Origin: Enoplolaimus lenunculus
Taxonomy: Eukaryota
Length of the DNA stretch: 64,000 nucleotides
Direction of reading: 5' to 3'
Assembly: GCA_030248215.1 (NCBI GenBank)
Contig: JASANG010003345.1
Coordinates: forward strand, 372,001 to 436,000
Part shown: positions 1 through 12,510 of the stretch, piece by piece
Position numbering within the stretch: position 1 is the first letter of the stretch
Layout of the letters: the number at the start of each line of letters is the position of its first letter
The notes under the pieces: model-generated
What the model saw: the letters and a program-made list of their open reading frames with translations, nothing else
Told to the model about the DNA's origin: nothing
Databases searched by the model: none
Position numbers and translations under genes: made by a program

Positions 1-266
1 CAATTTACAGAAACCGGAACCGAAATTTGAAAAAATTACCGGAAACGGAACCGGAAAATGAAAAATACATGCCACCGAAAAATTCATTTTCTTTCTTTTC
101 GCAATACTAGTGAAATAACACTAGTTGGAGAAAGCTATTCACTTCATATATGTGCTGTAGAAATCTACTTTCGATGGTTTATTTTCGGCGATTGTCAAGG
201 TGGTCAAAAATTGCCGGAACCGGAAGGTCAAAAATTGCCGAAATCGGAACCAGAATTCCGGTTGCA
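1..266 (+). mobile_element. Partial hAT-like MITE (left end outside the window), same subfamily as 22389-22694
   Basis: ACCGGA subterminal repeats; ends in GAATTCCGGTTGCA. Internal TTCGATGGTTTATTTTCGGCGATTGT is the reverse complement of sequence at ~22527-22552. Confidence 0.7.
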
Positions 267-477
267 TTATGAATATATAATAATATACAGATTTGACACG
301 TTAAGGTAACCATTCAGCTGAATTTTTCCAATTTGGCTAGTTTACAAAAATATGGTGACGACAGATACACACAAAATCCCAGCCTCCAGCTGTTGATGCA
401 AATCAGTTTCGATAACAGTTATTTCGCTGAAATATATACGTTAAAGCGTAATGCAAAAAAGAACAAACAATACTTAT

Positions 478-3400
478 CAGGGTGCAACCGGAATTCTGAT
501 TACAATTAGAATTCCGATTCCATTTACAATTTTGATTTCGATTACACAATCAATCGGAATCTGAATTTTGAAATTTTAATCATATGAACACGATAGTGTT
601 CATATATATGATTCGCGCATCTCAAGCGCGTATTTTCAGTTTAGTTCGCATGTTGGTGCTCAAGTAATATCAGACCGGTATCGTTTAAATTTTGTACACT
701 GGTATCCTGGTACGTAGGGAATATTTGTGCCAAAGGATTTTGCAAACCAGTGTGGTCTTGAATAGTTACGGTCAAAAAACTCCTTACAGAAAGTGCACGA
801 AATTTTCCATTTTGGTTCAACAGTTTTTACACGTTAGCTAAGTAATTTTACGATTATAACTTTCACCACTTTATAGAGCTTACGGTTGGTTTCACCCCAA
901 CGGTTGGTTTCACCCCAACGGTTAGTTTCACCCCAACGGTTAGTTTCACCCCAACGGTTGGTTATGCCCCAACGGTTGGTTTCACCCCAACGGGTGGTTT
1001 CACCCCAACAGTCGGTTTTACCCCAACGGTTGGTTTCACCCCAACGGTTGGTTTCACCCCAACGGTTGGTTTTGCCCCAACGGTTGGTTTCACCCCAACG
1101 GTTGGTTTCACCCCAACAGTCGGTTTCTCCCCAACGGTTGGTTTCACCTCAACGGTTGGTTTTGCCCCAACGGTTGGTTTCACCTCAACGGTTGGTTTCA
1201 TCCCAACGGTTGGTTTCACCCCAACGGTTGGTTTTAACCCAACGGTTAGTTTCACCCCAACGGTTAGTTTCACCCCAACGGTTGGTTATGCCCCAACGGT
1301 TGGTTTCACCCCAACGGGTGGTTTCACCCCAACAGTCGGTTTTACCCCAACGGTTGGTTTCACCCCAACGGTTGGTTTCACCCCAACGGTTGGTTTTGCC
1401 CCAACGGTTGGTTTCACCCCAACGGTTGGTTTCACCCCAACAGTCGGTTTCACCCCAACAGTCGGTTTCACCCCAACGGTTGGTTTCACCCCAACGGTTA
1501 GTTTCACCCCAACGGTTGGTTATGCCCCAACGGTTGGTTTCACCCCAACGGGTGGTTTCACCCCAACAGTCGGTTTTACCCCAACGGTTGGTTTCACCCC
1601 AACGGTTGGTTTCACCCCAACGGTTGGTTTTGCCCCAACGGTTGGTTTCACCCCAACGGTTGGTTTCACCCCAACAGTCGGTTTCTCCCCAACGGTTGGT
1701 TTCACCTCAACGGTTGGTTTTGCCCCAACGGTTGGTTTCACCTCAACGGCTGGTTTCATCCCAACGGTTGGTTTCACCCCAACGGTTGGTTTTGACCCAA
1801 CGGTTGGTTTTGCCCCAACGGTTGGTTTCACCCCAACGGTTGGTTTCACCCCAACAGTCGGTTTCTCCCCAACGGTTGTTTCACCTCAACGGTTGGTTTT
1901 GCCCCAACGGTTGGTTTTGCCCCAACGGTTGGTTTTACCCCAACGGTTGGTTTCACCCCAACTGTTGGTTTCACCCCAACGGTTGGTCTCACCCCAACAG
2001 TCGGTTTCACCCCAACGGTTAGCTTTACCCCAACGGTTGGTTTCACCCCAACTGTTGGTTTCACCCCAACGGTTGGTCTCACCCCAACAGTCGGTTTCAC
2101 CCCAACGGTTAGCTTTACCCCAACGGTTGGTTTCACCCCAACGGTTGGATTCACCTCAACGGTTGGTTTTACCCCAACGGTGAGCTTCACCCCGAAGGTT
2201 GGTTTCACTCCAACGATTGGTTTCACCCCAACGATTGGTTTCATCCTAACGGTCGGTTTCACCCCAACGGTTGGTTTCACCACAACGGTTGGTTTCACCC
2301 CAACGGTTGGTTTCACCCCAACGGTTGGTTTCACCCCAACGGTTGGTTTCACGTCAACGGTTCGTTTCACCTCAACGGTTGGCTTCACGTCAACGGTTGG
2401 TTTCACTCCAACGATTGGTTTCACCCCAACGATTGGTTTAATCCTAACGGTTGGTTTTACCCAAATGGTTGGTTTCACACCAACGGTCCTTTTCACCCCA
2501 ACGGTTGGTTTCACCTCAACGGTTGGTTTCAGCCAAATGGTTGGTTTTAACCCAACGGTTGACCGCAGCGGTTGGATTCAACTCAACGGTTGGTTTCACT
2601 CCAACGGTTGGTTTTACCCCAACGGTTGGTTTCACCCCAACGATTGGTTTCACCCCAACGATTGGTTTCACCCTAACCATTGGTTTCACCCCAACGGTCG
2701 GTTTCACCCCAACCATCGGTTTCACCCCAACGATTGGTTTCACCCCAACGATTGGTTTCAACCCAACGGTTGGTTTCAGCCCAACGGTTGATTTCACCCA
2801 ACGGTTGATTTCACCCCAACCATCGGTTTCACCCCAACGATTGGTTTCACCCCAACGGTTGGTTTCACCCCAACGGTCGGTTTCATCCCAACGGTTGGTT
2901 TCACCCCAGCGGTTAATTTTGCCCCAGAGGTTAGTTTCACCCTAACGGCTGGTTTCACCTCAACGGTCGGTTTCAGCCCAAGGGTTGGTTTCACACAAAC
3001 GGTTAGCTTCACCGCAACGGACGATGTCACCCCATGGATTAATGCAGCAGCTTGGTAAAGCGGTTGAAACTAGAAAAAAATGCTCAGCACTTGAGCAAAA
3101 AGGGATATGTTTCATATTCCTATTAAAAGTATGGTAAACTAGATCAGCACATTCGCTTGATGTAACCTGGAAAAGTATTAAGAAACAATAGCTGCCAAAA
3201 TCATGTTAATTATTAATTTTTCTGAAACATATTGCGGACAGCAAAATTTCTGTAATATTTTTTTGTAAGAAACAGATGCTTTTCTTGAATGCAAAGCGAA
3301 ATTATTTCTCAAATGTAGACAGATGTAGCTTGGAATCCATGAACGTATATTGAAGTTCTTTACAAAACGTAATAAATTTACCTATGGCTTTGTATTACCA

Positions 3401-3618
3401 TAGTTAATTGAATTTCATAAGAGCATTGTGTGGCGACATAATGGCTGTTAGAGTTTTGATGACCAATTTTGTTAGATACTTTCTTGAACAGACGTCATAA
3501 AACGAATCGCAATTGGTGCAGTCGCAAAATTTCTAGCCCCGAATCCGATTACAATTCCAGGATAAATTTGCTGTTCCGATTACGATTTCGGTATAATTCA
3601 GTTCCGCTTTGCACCCTG
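478..3618. mobile_element. Non-autonomous hAT-like element (3.1 kb) containing the 18-bp array
   Basis: Termini CAGGGTGCAA / TTGCACCCTG; 8-bp TSD ATACTTAT (470-477) / GTACTTAT (3619-3626). Confidence 0.8.
883..3035. repeat. 18-bp minisatellite, unit CGGTTGGTTTCACCCCAA, about 119 units
   Basis: Directly visible tandem array; it generates the spurious (VSPQRL)n and (VGVKPT)n ORFs. Confidence 0.98.
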
Positions 3619-4700
3619 GTACTTATTTATGTATATATAGTTTAAAACATAAATTTTAAACAAATTGGAAGTTTCGCGGAATTTATGCGCAGCATAGAAC
3701 TGTTATAAATTTCCCGCAACACAAGTTTATTCTAAAAACAATTTTAAAAGTAGCCAATACCAAATCCCGTCCCTTCTACACCCATTTTTCACTGAAATTC
3801 AGATTCTTTCACAAATACAAATATATTCGCTTACGTATATGAACTACCACTGATTTAACATAGGCTTGGAATATTTCCAGTCTTAAACAAAAGAATTAAA
3901 GCTATATAATGATATATATACTGCCCGCAAAACAACAAATACGTGGGATGGGAAGAGGCAGCCTGAAAAGAAAAATTCAGTCGCCGACCCTTAGAACAAT
4001 AAAGGAGTGTCAGTGACCCCCTATAAACCAACAAAAACAAAACTTCAGTGTTGGTATAAAAGACATTTAACGCACAAATATACACTTGCTTCCCCCCGTT
4101 CGCTTCGCGTGAGGGAATTATAAACTCCTCTGCTTCTCTCCTGAGCCTTGGCTGCCTCCTGAAGAGCACAATCCCAAACTTTAAGCGGTCATTTATTTTC
4201 GGAGATTTGGTCACGGCTTGCAAACTTACCGAGACCCAAAATGTTAGACCGAGACCAGCACCGATACTCGGTTGCAATGCCGATACTGATACTCCCATCC
4301 CAAACTACCCTGACCACGCTAAACATTTCGGTTATGAAAAAGCCCAATCCAACAATGTTTGATAATATATTTTTTCTTTTCTAAACAATAAAAACTTTAA
4401 ATAACTTGTTATATAAATCGATATTTTTTGTTTCAGATCGCAAATCTCAGACTATGGTCGGACACGAAATTTTTCATTTGCACAAAACGTAGATTTGCAA
4501 AATGATAAATTTTATTAGGTTTGCACACCCAAAATTGCTATTCTCAAATTACTGATCCATGGGTTCGGTGTCATCCTGATTTATACTGCTATGTAAACCA
4601 CAAACAACAGTAGGCGGCCAAACAAAAAAATTAACAGCGTTTCAGTAATTTTGTTCATTTCGAAAGTTTCATGCAATTAATCTATCTTCACACGAAATCT

Positions 4701-4885
4701 ACGACAATTCGTCGCCGACAAGTTGTCGCCCAACAGTGTCCTAAAGCCTGTGTGTGAATCAATCTAAGCATAATCCTAAGCGTAAACTTAAGTCTAAGCA
4801 TAGTGATGGGTGACGAAATGTCGAGTCGATGAAATTTCGGGTTAAAAGAAGTCGGCCGACGAGTTGTCGGGCGACGAATTGTCGT
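4701..4885. mobile_element. Short inverted-repeat element with internal CTAAGC-type repeats
   Basis: ACGACAATTCGTCGCC at the left end and GGCGACGAATTGTCGT at the right end; central CTAAGCA/CCTAAGCG/CTTAAG repeats. Confidence 0.6.
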
Positions 4886-6499
4886 GATACCCTCGCGATT
4901 ATGTACAGTTTAAACTGAATTTAGGAATCGGTGGACCATTAAAAATTTGATGAAAGAAATATTTAGATTATCCAGTCTGTTGAAAAAATTTCATGGAATT
5001 TTATCTTTTAATTTTTGACCAATTTTGCACCATGCGGGGCGACCTGCACTGTAAGACGGTCAATTGTGCTCCGCCGCACCACGTCCATGGAGTAAAACAC
5101 GGGCCCCACGCACCATTTCCACCTCACCTCTGATGTGAGTTATCGTCAATCGCTACACTCACTTGTGAGAAAACGAAACCAACAACAGAAAGTGATTCGA
5201 AACGAGAAAACAGAAAACACAAACATAAAAGAACAATATTGAAATAATACATCGATTCACAAACACAGCGATTGCCGGTCCAGCAACACTGTTATCAGCA
5301 TTAATGCCTGCATACACTTCGTATTATCATCATTCATACTCTACCTGCGGTCTTGTAAAATAGAAGTATGTGCGTTGCGTATATATACTCCAATAGAATG
5401 CAATATTTGCTTACAAGTAGTGTCTTTAATGCAAAGTCAAATTAAATGTATGAGTACAGCCGGAGGCTGCCTCTGTCTCTTCCTCCAGCAAAAAAATGAA
5501 CCTGCTGTTGCCGGAGGTTCCGGCATTCTCAGAAATTTTTTTGGATTTTTGCAAAAGTTGTTCCTTCAGCAAGTTAATTTCAAGCTTTGGGGCAGTTGTG
5601 AAAGCCTAATATAACGGCACAGATATCTTAAAACAAAGCTTATGAACGACGTTTTGGCAATACATTGCAACTTGATAAAACTTACATGGATAGTAAAAAT
5701 TAAAAGGGACACTGATCAAAATAACTGCAACGGATATTGACATATAAAAGTTTTACAAATATTCACCTGACTTCCAAGCCTTTTAAGAAAAATATCAAGG
5801 AATAAAAGTTTCAAAGATGTTTTAGTTTTCTGCCAACACAAAGCATGCACATATTCACGCTGTCTAAATTTTTAAACAAAATGGCAGATGCACCGGAATT
5901 TTAAAATTTAATATGAATTTCACTTCGAACTATTATACACAGGGTGTAAACGGATAGTAAAAATAACGGAAACTGATAGTGATCATAATAACGGAAACTG
6001 AAAACGGATGTTGAAGTACAAAAGTTTCAAAGATGTTTCATATACAGACAACACAATTGAGATGTAACTAATTTTGAGCATAATAAAAATCCGGCATATC
6101 TATGACCGAAACGAAAACAGATTTATACCGAAAACGGATATCCGATTACAGCCAGATTGACATGGTGGACCAGGACAGCTAAACTAACGGAAATAGATAG
6201 TGACCGAAGTAACTGAATCTGAAAATGGATACTGAAGTATAATTTCAAACATGTTTTATTTTCTGCAACCACGATTAAGGCATAAATATATCCACCGGGA
6301 TTTGTAAAATTTCAGAGACAAATAGCGTATGTACCGAACGTTTTAAGATTCTGGATAAATTTTGGAAGTTTGACTGTATATCGAAGAATTGCAGCATACT
6401 CGTTGCTATCCGACCAATTTTCATAAGAAACAAAGCTAGTTATTCTAAGCATACTGAACTTATTCGATTTAAAATTTACGGAACGACACAAAACTAGAC

Positions 6500-6649
6500 T
6501 CCCGGCCGAAATAGCCTGAACCACCGCTCAAAATTCTACAAGATCTCGAAATTCTGTTGGACATTCTGTTCCATCTTGCATACTCCACCTTCGACAAACT
6601 TGTCACTCAGAAAAATTCGTAATTATCGAAAACCGTTTATGTGACACGT
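6500..6649 (-). pseudogene. RBM48: Probable decayed RBM48 exon 3 remnant
   Basis: Across frameshifts the minus strand reads KRF/FDNYEFF*VTSLSKVEYA/TECPTEFRDLVEF*AVVQ. This resembles RBM48 AKRKMDEQSFFGGLLHVCYAPEFETVEETRKKL as recalled; it is heavily degraded. Confidence 0.45.
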
Positions 6650-6940
6650 CCACAGATTACTGCCAACATTAGACGGTTAAAATTATCATGCGCTCAGCTA
6701 CAAATGTAATACTGAAACACATTGACCAAAACTTTTACTAAATCGTCTAACGCTTTACTCCACGCCTATACCGTTTACAACGAACACAACCATTACTGCA
6801 ACGGCTTTTATTTTGACAATTCAGGGAGTAAACTGATAGTGATCAAAAGAGCGGAAACTGAGAACATATACCGGTGTAAAAGTTTCAAAGATGGTTTATT
6901 GTTCCTAACACAGTACAGAGAGCCGGTTACACCTTGCAAT

Positions 6941-7313
6941 CAGGGTGCAACCGGAATTACAATTTACCGGAACCGGAATTTGAAAATTTTACCGGAACCG
7001 GAAAGTGAAAAATGCATTTCACCAAAAATTTCATTTTAATTTTATTTTTTGCTCTATTATTTGTGAAATAACCTTAGTCAAACATAGGTATTTATTTTAT
7101 TTGTTGTATTTTAGATTTTCGTCGTCGACTGAGGTGAAATCCACCATCAATGGCTTATATTCGGAGTACAAGTGGCTTTCAAAAGAGATTCTTAAAAATT
7201 AGTAAAGTTAAGAAAACGACCAAATTATAACACCGGAATTTTTAAATCCGTTAAAAATTTACCGGAACCGGAAGGTGAAAAAATGCCGGAGCCGGAATTC
7301 CGGTTGCACCCTG
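6941..7313 (+). mobile_element. hAT-like MITE family A, copy 1
   Basis: TIR CAGGGTGCAACCGGAATT; perfect 8-bp TSD CTTGCAAT; near-identical to copies at 11835, 14130 and 44295. Confidence 0.95.
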
Positions 7314-7633
7314 CTTGCAATATATTAAAAACCAGTCCTTTGATAATTTAGGGCAGGGATGTGCGGTCTCAGTGGTAGGCTCGGTATTTGACTAGTCTCA
7401 GTCCCGTTTTTTTGATGCTCGGTTAGTTTCAACGGAGACCAAAGGTAAAACAAGCCCGTTTTTATGCTCATCGCCATTTTTCTTGTGCCACTATTCGTAA
7501 GTGGTGAAGAAAATAACAAAATTTACGGTTGTTTTTAGTTTAATATTATAAATTAACCGCCTATTCTGAGCATATGCAACAATTTGTTATGCTCGAACAA
7601 CACAGAGGTACGAATTTTTTTATTTTCGATAAT

Positions 7634-8437
7634 CTGGCTTCTCCAAAGCTTGAAAATTTCCGCCGGGGGGCGTTTCCTGGGGGCCCCCAGGACTTCCTGG
7701 GAGGCAGCTGATTTTGCTGGGGGGCAGTTTTTCTGGGGGGCCCCAGATGATCTGGGGGGGGTCCTGGGGGGCAGGCTTAAAATTTTGCAAACCGACTTTT
7801 TGGACCATTTTTTTCATTCTAGACCGTGTTTCCAACTCAACTTAAGATTACTCATCGCTCAACATGACAAAAATTTCTCGCAAACGCTAATAACAATAAT
7901 TTTAACTAATATTACGTATACTGACAACTTAACCAGAAGTTGAAAGAAGCACAATTATATAAAATATAGATAATCTATAATTGAAACTGTGATTAATATA
8001 TATTTTGCATATTAGTCACAGCTTCAATTTATCATAAGGCTCAGGCGGGTTGAACTTGCTGCTGCAAGGTACTTACGAATGCTGTATGCCCTGAAACGGT
8101 CTTTATATAATTGTGCTTTTTCAGTTCATTATTGAATTGTATTATGTACTACGGGTATTTGTAACGCTATTAAAAATTATGAGTACTCAGCGTAATATAA
8201 AATCATATTTTGCCGAATGTCCGCCTCAAAAGAAGTCCAGGTCTTTACGTTTTAACATTGAAAATTTTCGACCTAGAAAAGTCCTGGGGGGCCCCAGCAA
8301 AAAAATTTGCTGGGGGGCATTTGGTGGGCGGCGGCCGAAAATTCGCCGGGGGGCCTTTCCTGAGGGCGGCAAAATTTTCGCCGGGGGGGAATGAAAATCT
8401 CAAAAAATGCTGGGGCCCCCCGCTGTGGAGAAGCCAG
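7634..8437. mobile_element. TIR element with G/C-run-rich subtermini
   Basis: CTGGCTTCTCCA / TGGAGAAGCCAG termini; possible GATAA duplication; AT-rich core. Confidence 0.65.
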
Positions 8438-9420
8438 TGATAACTGTCCAAAACTGACCGAGAACAAAACGTATACGCATCGGAATCTGAGTCTCGGTTT
8501 ATGACCAAGGCCACACATCCTAGATAAATAATAAAGTTTACCAAAAACATTAATTAACAAACATTTAGCTTCTCAAATTTTAAATGTCTTCAAGGTAAGA
8601 CTTAGCTTTCTCGGGATGAATTTTAACGATGTTTTCGAAGGCACATAATCTCGTCGGATGTCGGGATCTGAGGGGATTGTCACAGCTGGCTGCTGCAAAC
8701 TCTTTCTTTCGATATTGCTCTTTTTCCGGCTTTTTTTCTGCCTTTACTTCGTTTTCGGTGCCTCTTAATTTGCAAGCTGTCGCAAGCACGGTAATTCCGC
8801 GTCTTGTTTGACCGAATAACAATTTGATGGTTTCTTCGAATGTCTACAACTTTACTTGATTTTTTATGCCCGACGGCATTTTTGCCTGCTTCGGAACCGC
8901 ACTCCACAATATGACGCACCTTTGATTTTGCATTGCTATAAGTCTCTAAACAGTACTCTTTACTATCAAACACCCACATCAAGTCAACAACAAAATCCAC
9001 GTTATCAGCAACAACTTTGTCGTCACCGTTTGTTCTACGGTCGTCTTCAGTGGCTATGCAGCTACTCAGCTCACAATCACTGTAGTCGTTTTGTTTGCTC
9101 CATTTGGCTTGCCCGATAGCGTTTAACGCATGTTTCCTTTTAACCCCAACCGAGGGTTTTATCGATTTAGAATTCAAATCAGAGGTATAATAATGAATCG
9201 GAGGAGCGTAGCACACAAGTTCGTCCATAGGTTGCGGCTGAAAGCACAAACTTACACACCATGAAAGGTCAAATTACAAAACAAATGGTTCAGAATAGCA
9301 TTTGATTAAAGAAGTGCCCAATAAAGGTCACAAAGCAAAGCCGAATACAGTAACTAAGCTCTGAGCTCAATGACATTCGGCTTTACATAGATATCGATTA
9401 AATCGACTGTTTTGTCTTGT

Positions 9421-9615
9421 CAATTAAGCTAATATGCAAATATTGTTATTAGCTAACTATTCAATTATCAACTATTTATTCAAATTCCATGCGCCTAAAA
9501 ATCCTTTAGTGCCGAAATTATATTGCTTTTAACCTTAATAATTAGTGAAATATTGTAAAAAGTCCTAATATAGGCTTATAACCTATGCTAATATGCAAAT
9601 TATCTATTAGCTAAC
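9421..9615. mobile_element. Fragment of the Helentron/DINE-like family seen at 52534-53974
   Basis: CAATTAAGCTAATATGCAAA...TTATTAGCTAAC...TAATAATTAGTGAAATA matches the arms at 52577-52950. Confidence 0.75.
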
Positions 9616-9825
9616 GGCTCAAGCTTGTAATCGGAACGGAGACTGCCAAAGGTATATAATTCTAATGCTTTTTCGTAGTTTTATTTGTGTTTAACACAGT
9701 TTGTGTGCATTTCCAGAAGATATGCTCGTAATTTTTGCGTAACTATGCAATTTCATAATTGCACAGAAAAATTTTATTCATTAGCCATCACTTACTTTCA
9801 AACAAGCATCATGTTCTTGGTTGTG

Positions 9826-11705
9826 TCAAGGAACGTCAGATGTTAAGGAAGATGCGTCAACTACCACTAGCAGATGCACCAGTTCTCATGGTCACTGAAG
9901 TTGACAAGGCAATTCGCCAATGTAAAGCCAGCAAAGCAGCTGGCCCTGATGGCATAACCAACCTGCATTTAAAACATCTAGGCCCATCGGCGCGAACCTA
10001 CCTAGAGTTGATCTTCAATCTCAGCATCAGTACATCGCGTATACCCAGCATTTGGCGCAACTCAAATATCATCCCGCTTCCGAAACCGGGTAAAGACATC
10101 AGTGTTGGGAAGTACTGGCGGCCAATCAGCCTACTCTGCTGTCCTGCAAAAATCTTGGAACGCGTGCTGCTACCTTACATTGCAAGCAGCATACTTTTAC
10201 AACCTACGCAGCATGATTTTCGCAAACATTTTTCTACATGCACGGGTGTTCTCAATCTAGTCAACGACATTGCAAAAGGTTTCAGTCAGCGGTGCCCTCG
10301 CATCGCACCATACTTGTCACACTAGACCTAACATCGGCGTTCGATACAGTGGATCACTGTTGCTTAGCAACACAAATTGCTAACCTGGCTGGCACTCCGA
10401 CATCTATTCGGCGCTGGGCTATCAACTACCTTAATGGACGCCAAGCGAAAGTGCAGTTCCGTGAATACTGCTCCAGTTCACGCAAAATCTCTAAAGGAGT
10501 GGTTCAAGGTGGTGTATTGTCACCAGTACACCTCAATCTTTACATGAGCGACCTGCCGCAACCTCCACAGGGTGTTAAAGTTATGAGCTATGCCGATGAT
10601 GTCAACATATATACCAGCGGTACCGACATTGGTGCACCACGCGCTTGATCAACGGCTACCTGGAAGAAGTCTCTCGTTTCTTCAAAGCGAAAAATCTCCT
10701 GGTTTCAGCAAGCAAATCCTCGGTGACTCTGTTCACCTCACACACTTCCCAAGCCAAACTTCACCCTCAGGTATTCATGGATGGTCAATTACTTCCACTC
10801 AACAAAACGCCAAATATACTCGGGGTCACGCTTGACACAACGTTTTGTTTTGGTCAACACTGTCGCAACGTAACCGCAAAAGTGAATCAACGGAATGCTG
10901 TACTAAAAGCGATGACGGGCACAGACTGGGGTTGTGACAAGGAGACTCTGTTGCAGACGTACAAAGTCATCAGTCAGTCTTTTATCAACTACTGCTGCCC
11001 CGCCTGAGCGCCAGTCATCAAGCCCACGCATTGGGAGAAAATGCAGAAAGCTCAGAACACTGCACTCAGAATTGCAACCGGCTGCTATAAGATGTCGGAC
11101 ATCCATGATCTCCATCGCGAAGCCCAATTCTTGTCCGTCAAGCAGCACACGACCATGCTAGCTCAACAGTACACCCTCATGTGCCATCACCCTGCACACC
11201 CATGTCATGAGCTAACGCGGAGACCCCGACCACCGAGAGCACGTATAAAACCTGGCATCAACTGCTACAAAGACAACATCGGACACCTGCTTGAAGAAGA
11301 TGGTACCATCAATGATGACCGAGCGAAGAAAAGCATAAAGGCAATACACACCGATGCAGTTGCAACAACAATCCGCAATTACAAGATGAATTCGGTTCTC
11401 GGCAGAAAACCTCCAGCAATCAGCGAACAAAAGAAAACCCTACCAAGGTTAACCAGACGGACGCTTGCGCAGCTACGCACTGGATACTGTCATATCCTCA
11501 ACTCATACCTGGCCAAACTTAGCGAAGGAGAAGATCGTTGCCCTCAATGCAACAGCACACCACATGATACAGAGCATCTGTTCAACTGCACAAAAAACAC
11601 CACCAGCCTCACTGTGGAAAGTCTGTGGACGCACCCCCCAGCCGCTGCAGCGTTCCTCAAACTCTGACTTGAACACTGACGTTGGCAACAAACAACAAAC
11701 AACAA
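9826..11705 (+). mobile_element. 5'-truncated non-LTR retrotransposon: RT plus C-terminal CCHC, no RNase H seen (I-group-like), decayed
   Basis: Motifs KAAGPDG, WRPISLL, LDLTSAFDTVDH, GVVQGGVLSP, SYADD, ILGVTLD and LAQLRTG...CPQC...HLFNC. Two frameshifts (~10295, ~10640) and an in-frame TGA at 11005; 3' tail CAACAAACAACAAACAACAA. Confidence 0.95.
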
Positions 11706-11834
11706 TACAGTCATACAATTACTGAATCCTCGACGAATGGTATCGTTTCCAAACCCTCGGGACACAAAAAAACCGAGACCGAGATTTTCCAAATATCGAG
11801 ACTTGCCGAGACCAAGAATTCTATCCCTGCTGGT

Positions 11835-12219
11835 CAGGGTGCAACCGGAATTACAATTTACCGGAACCGGAATTTGAAAATTTTACCGGAACCGGAACCG
11901 GAAAGTGAAAAACGCATTTCACCAAAAATTTCATTTTAATCGTATTTTTTTCTCTATTATTTGTGAAATAACCTTAGTCGAACATAGGTATTTATTTTAT
12001 TTGTTGTATTTTAGATTTTCATCATCGACTGAAGTGAAATCCACCAGCAATGGCTTATATTTGGAGTACAATTGGCTTTCAAAAGAGATTCTTAAAAATT
12101 AGCAAAGTTAAGAAAACGGCCAAATTATAATACCGGAATTTTTAAATCCGGTAAAAATTTACCGGAACCGGAACCGGAAGGTGAAAAAATGCCGGAACCG
12201 GAATTCCGGTTGCACCCTG
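11835..12219 (+). mobile_element. hAT-like MITE family A, copy 2
   Basis: Same TIRs; perfect TSD CTGCTGGT. Confidence 0.95.
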
Positions 12220-12298
12220 CTGCTGGTTGTTATATATACTGCCTACAGTAGCTGAAAGAAAATGTGTAAAACTAACGAAGTTCATGATATATACAAAC

Positions 12299-12510
12299 CT
12301 TGCATTGGATACTTCTTTGAACGTTTCACGCGCAGTTTCACAAAACTCATCAGAAGTCGGGTATTCTGGCAGCACACGAACAATGGGAAATCTTGAACAT
12401 CTTATTTCGTTGCCAAAACGACGACATCGTTTCGTCAATTCAACTATCACGTTTAGCGACGGCACAGATTGAATTAGTATAAAACGAGACTCCGAGTTTA
12501 CAGTATACAC
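12299..12510 (-). pseudogene. RBM48: RBM48 exon 2 (RRM-like core), open frame with intact AG/GT borders
   Basis: VYTVNSESRFILIQSVPSLNVIVELTKRCRRFG...VLPEYPTSDEFCET...FKEVSNAR matches RBM48 VYTINLESQYLLIQGVP...LDEYPAEDFTEV...SAR. Acceptor TTGCAG|, donor AG|GTTTGT; phase 0 junction with exon 1 gives AVK|VYT. Confidence 0.85.

Noticed and set aside
886..3030. Repetitive ORFs (VSPQRL)n, (VGVKPT)n and (GFTPTV)n as structural or antifreeze-like proteins
   Set aside because: An 18-bp stop-free unit opens frames on both strands; there are frame slips, no signal peptide, and the array sits inside a TSD-flanked element.
883..3035. CRISPR-like array
   Set aside because: Units are head-to-tail with no unique spacers, there are no cas genes, and the context is eukaryotic.
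7005..7202. Recurrent 65-aa ORF MKNAFHQKFHF (also 11905, 14206, 44412) as a small gene family
   Set aside because: It is the internal sequence of a young MITE; the start codon is GTG in most copies and conservation reflects recent copying.
9200..9237. MDELVCYAP as RBM48 exon 3
   Set aside because: The acceptor phase (0) is incompatible with the exon 2 donor (phase 2), and the following conserved ETxEExRxKL segment is missing; probably coincidence.
7354..11829. One large CAGGGAT...ATCCCTG element enclosing the LINE
   Set aside because: The ends look related but the flanks ATTTAGGG and CTGGTTGT give no TSD, so pairing cannot be supported.
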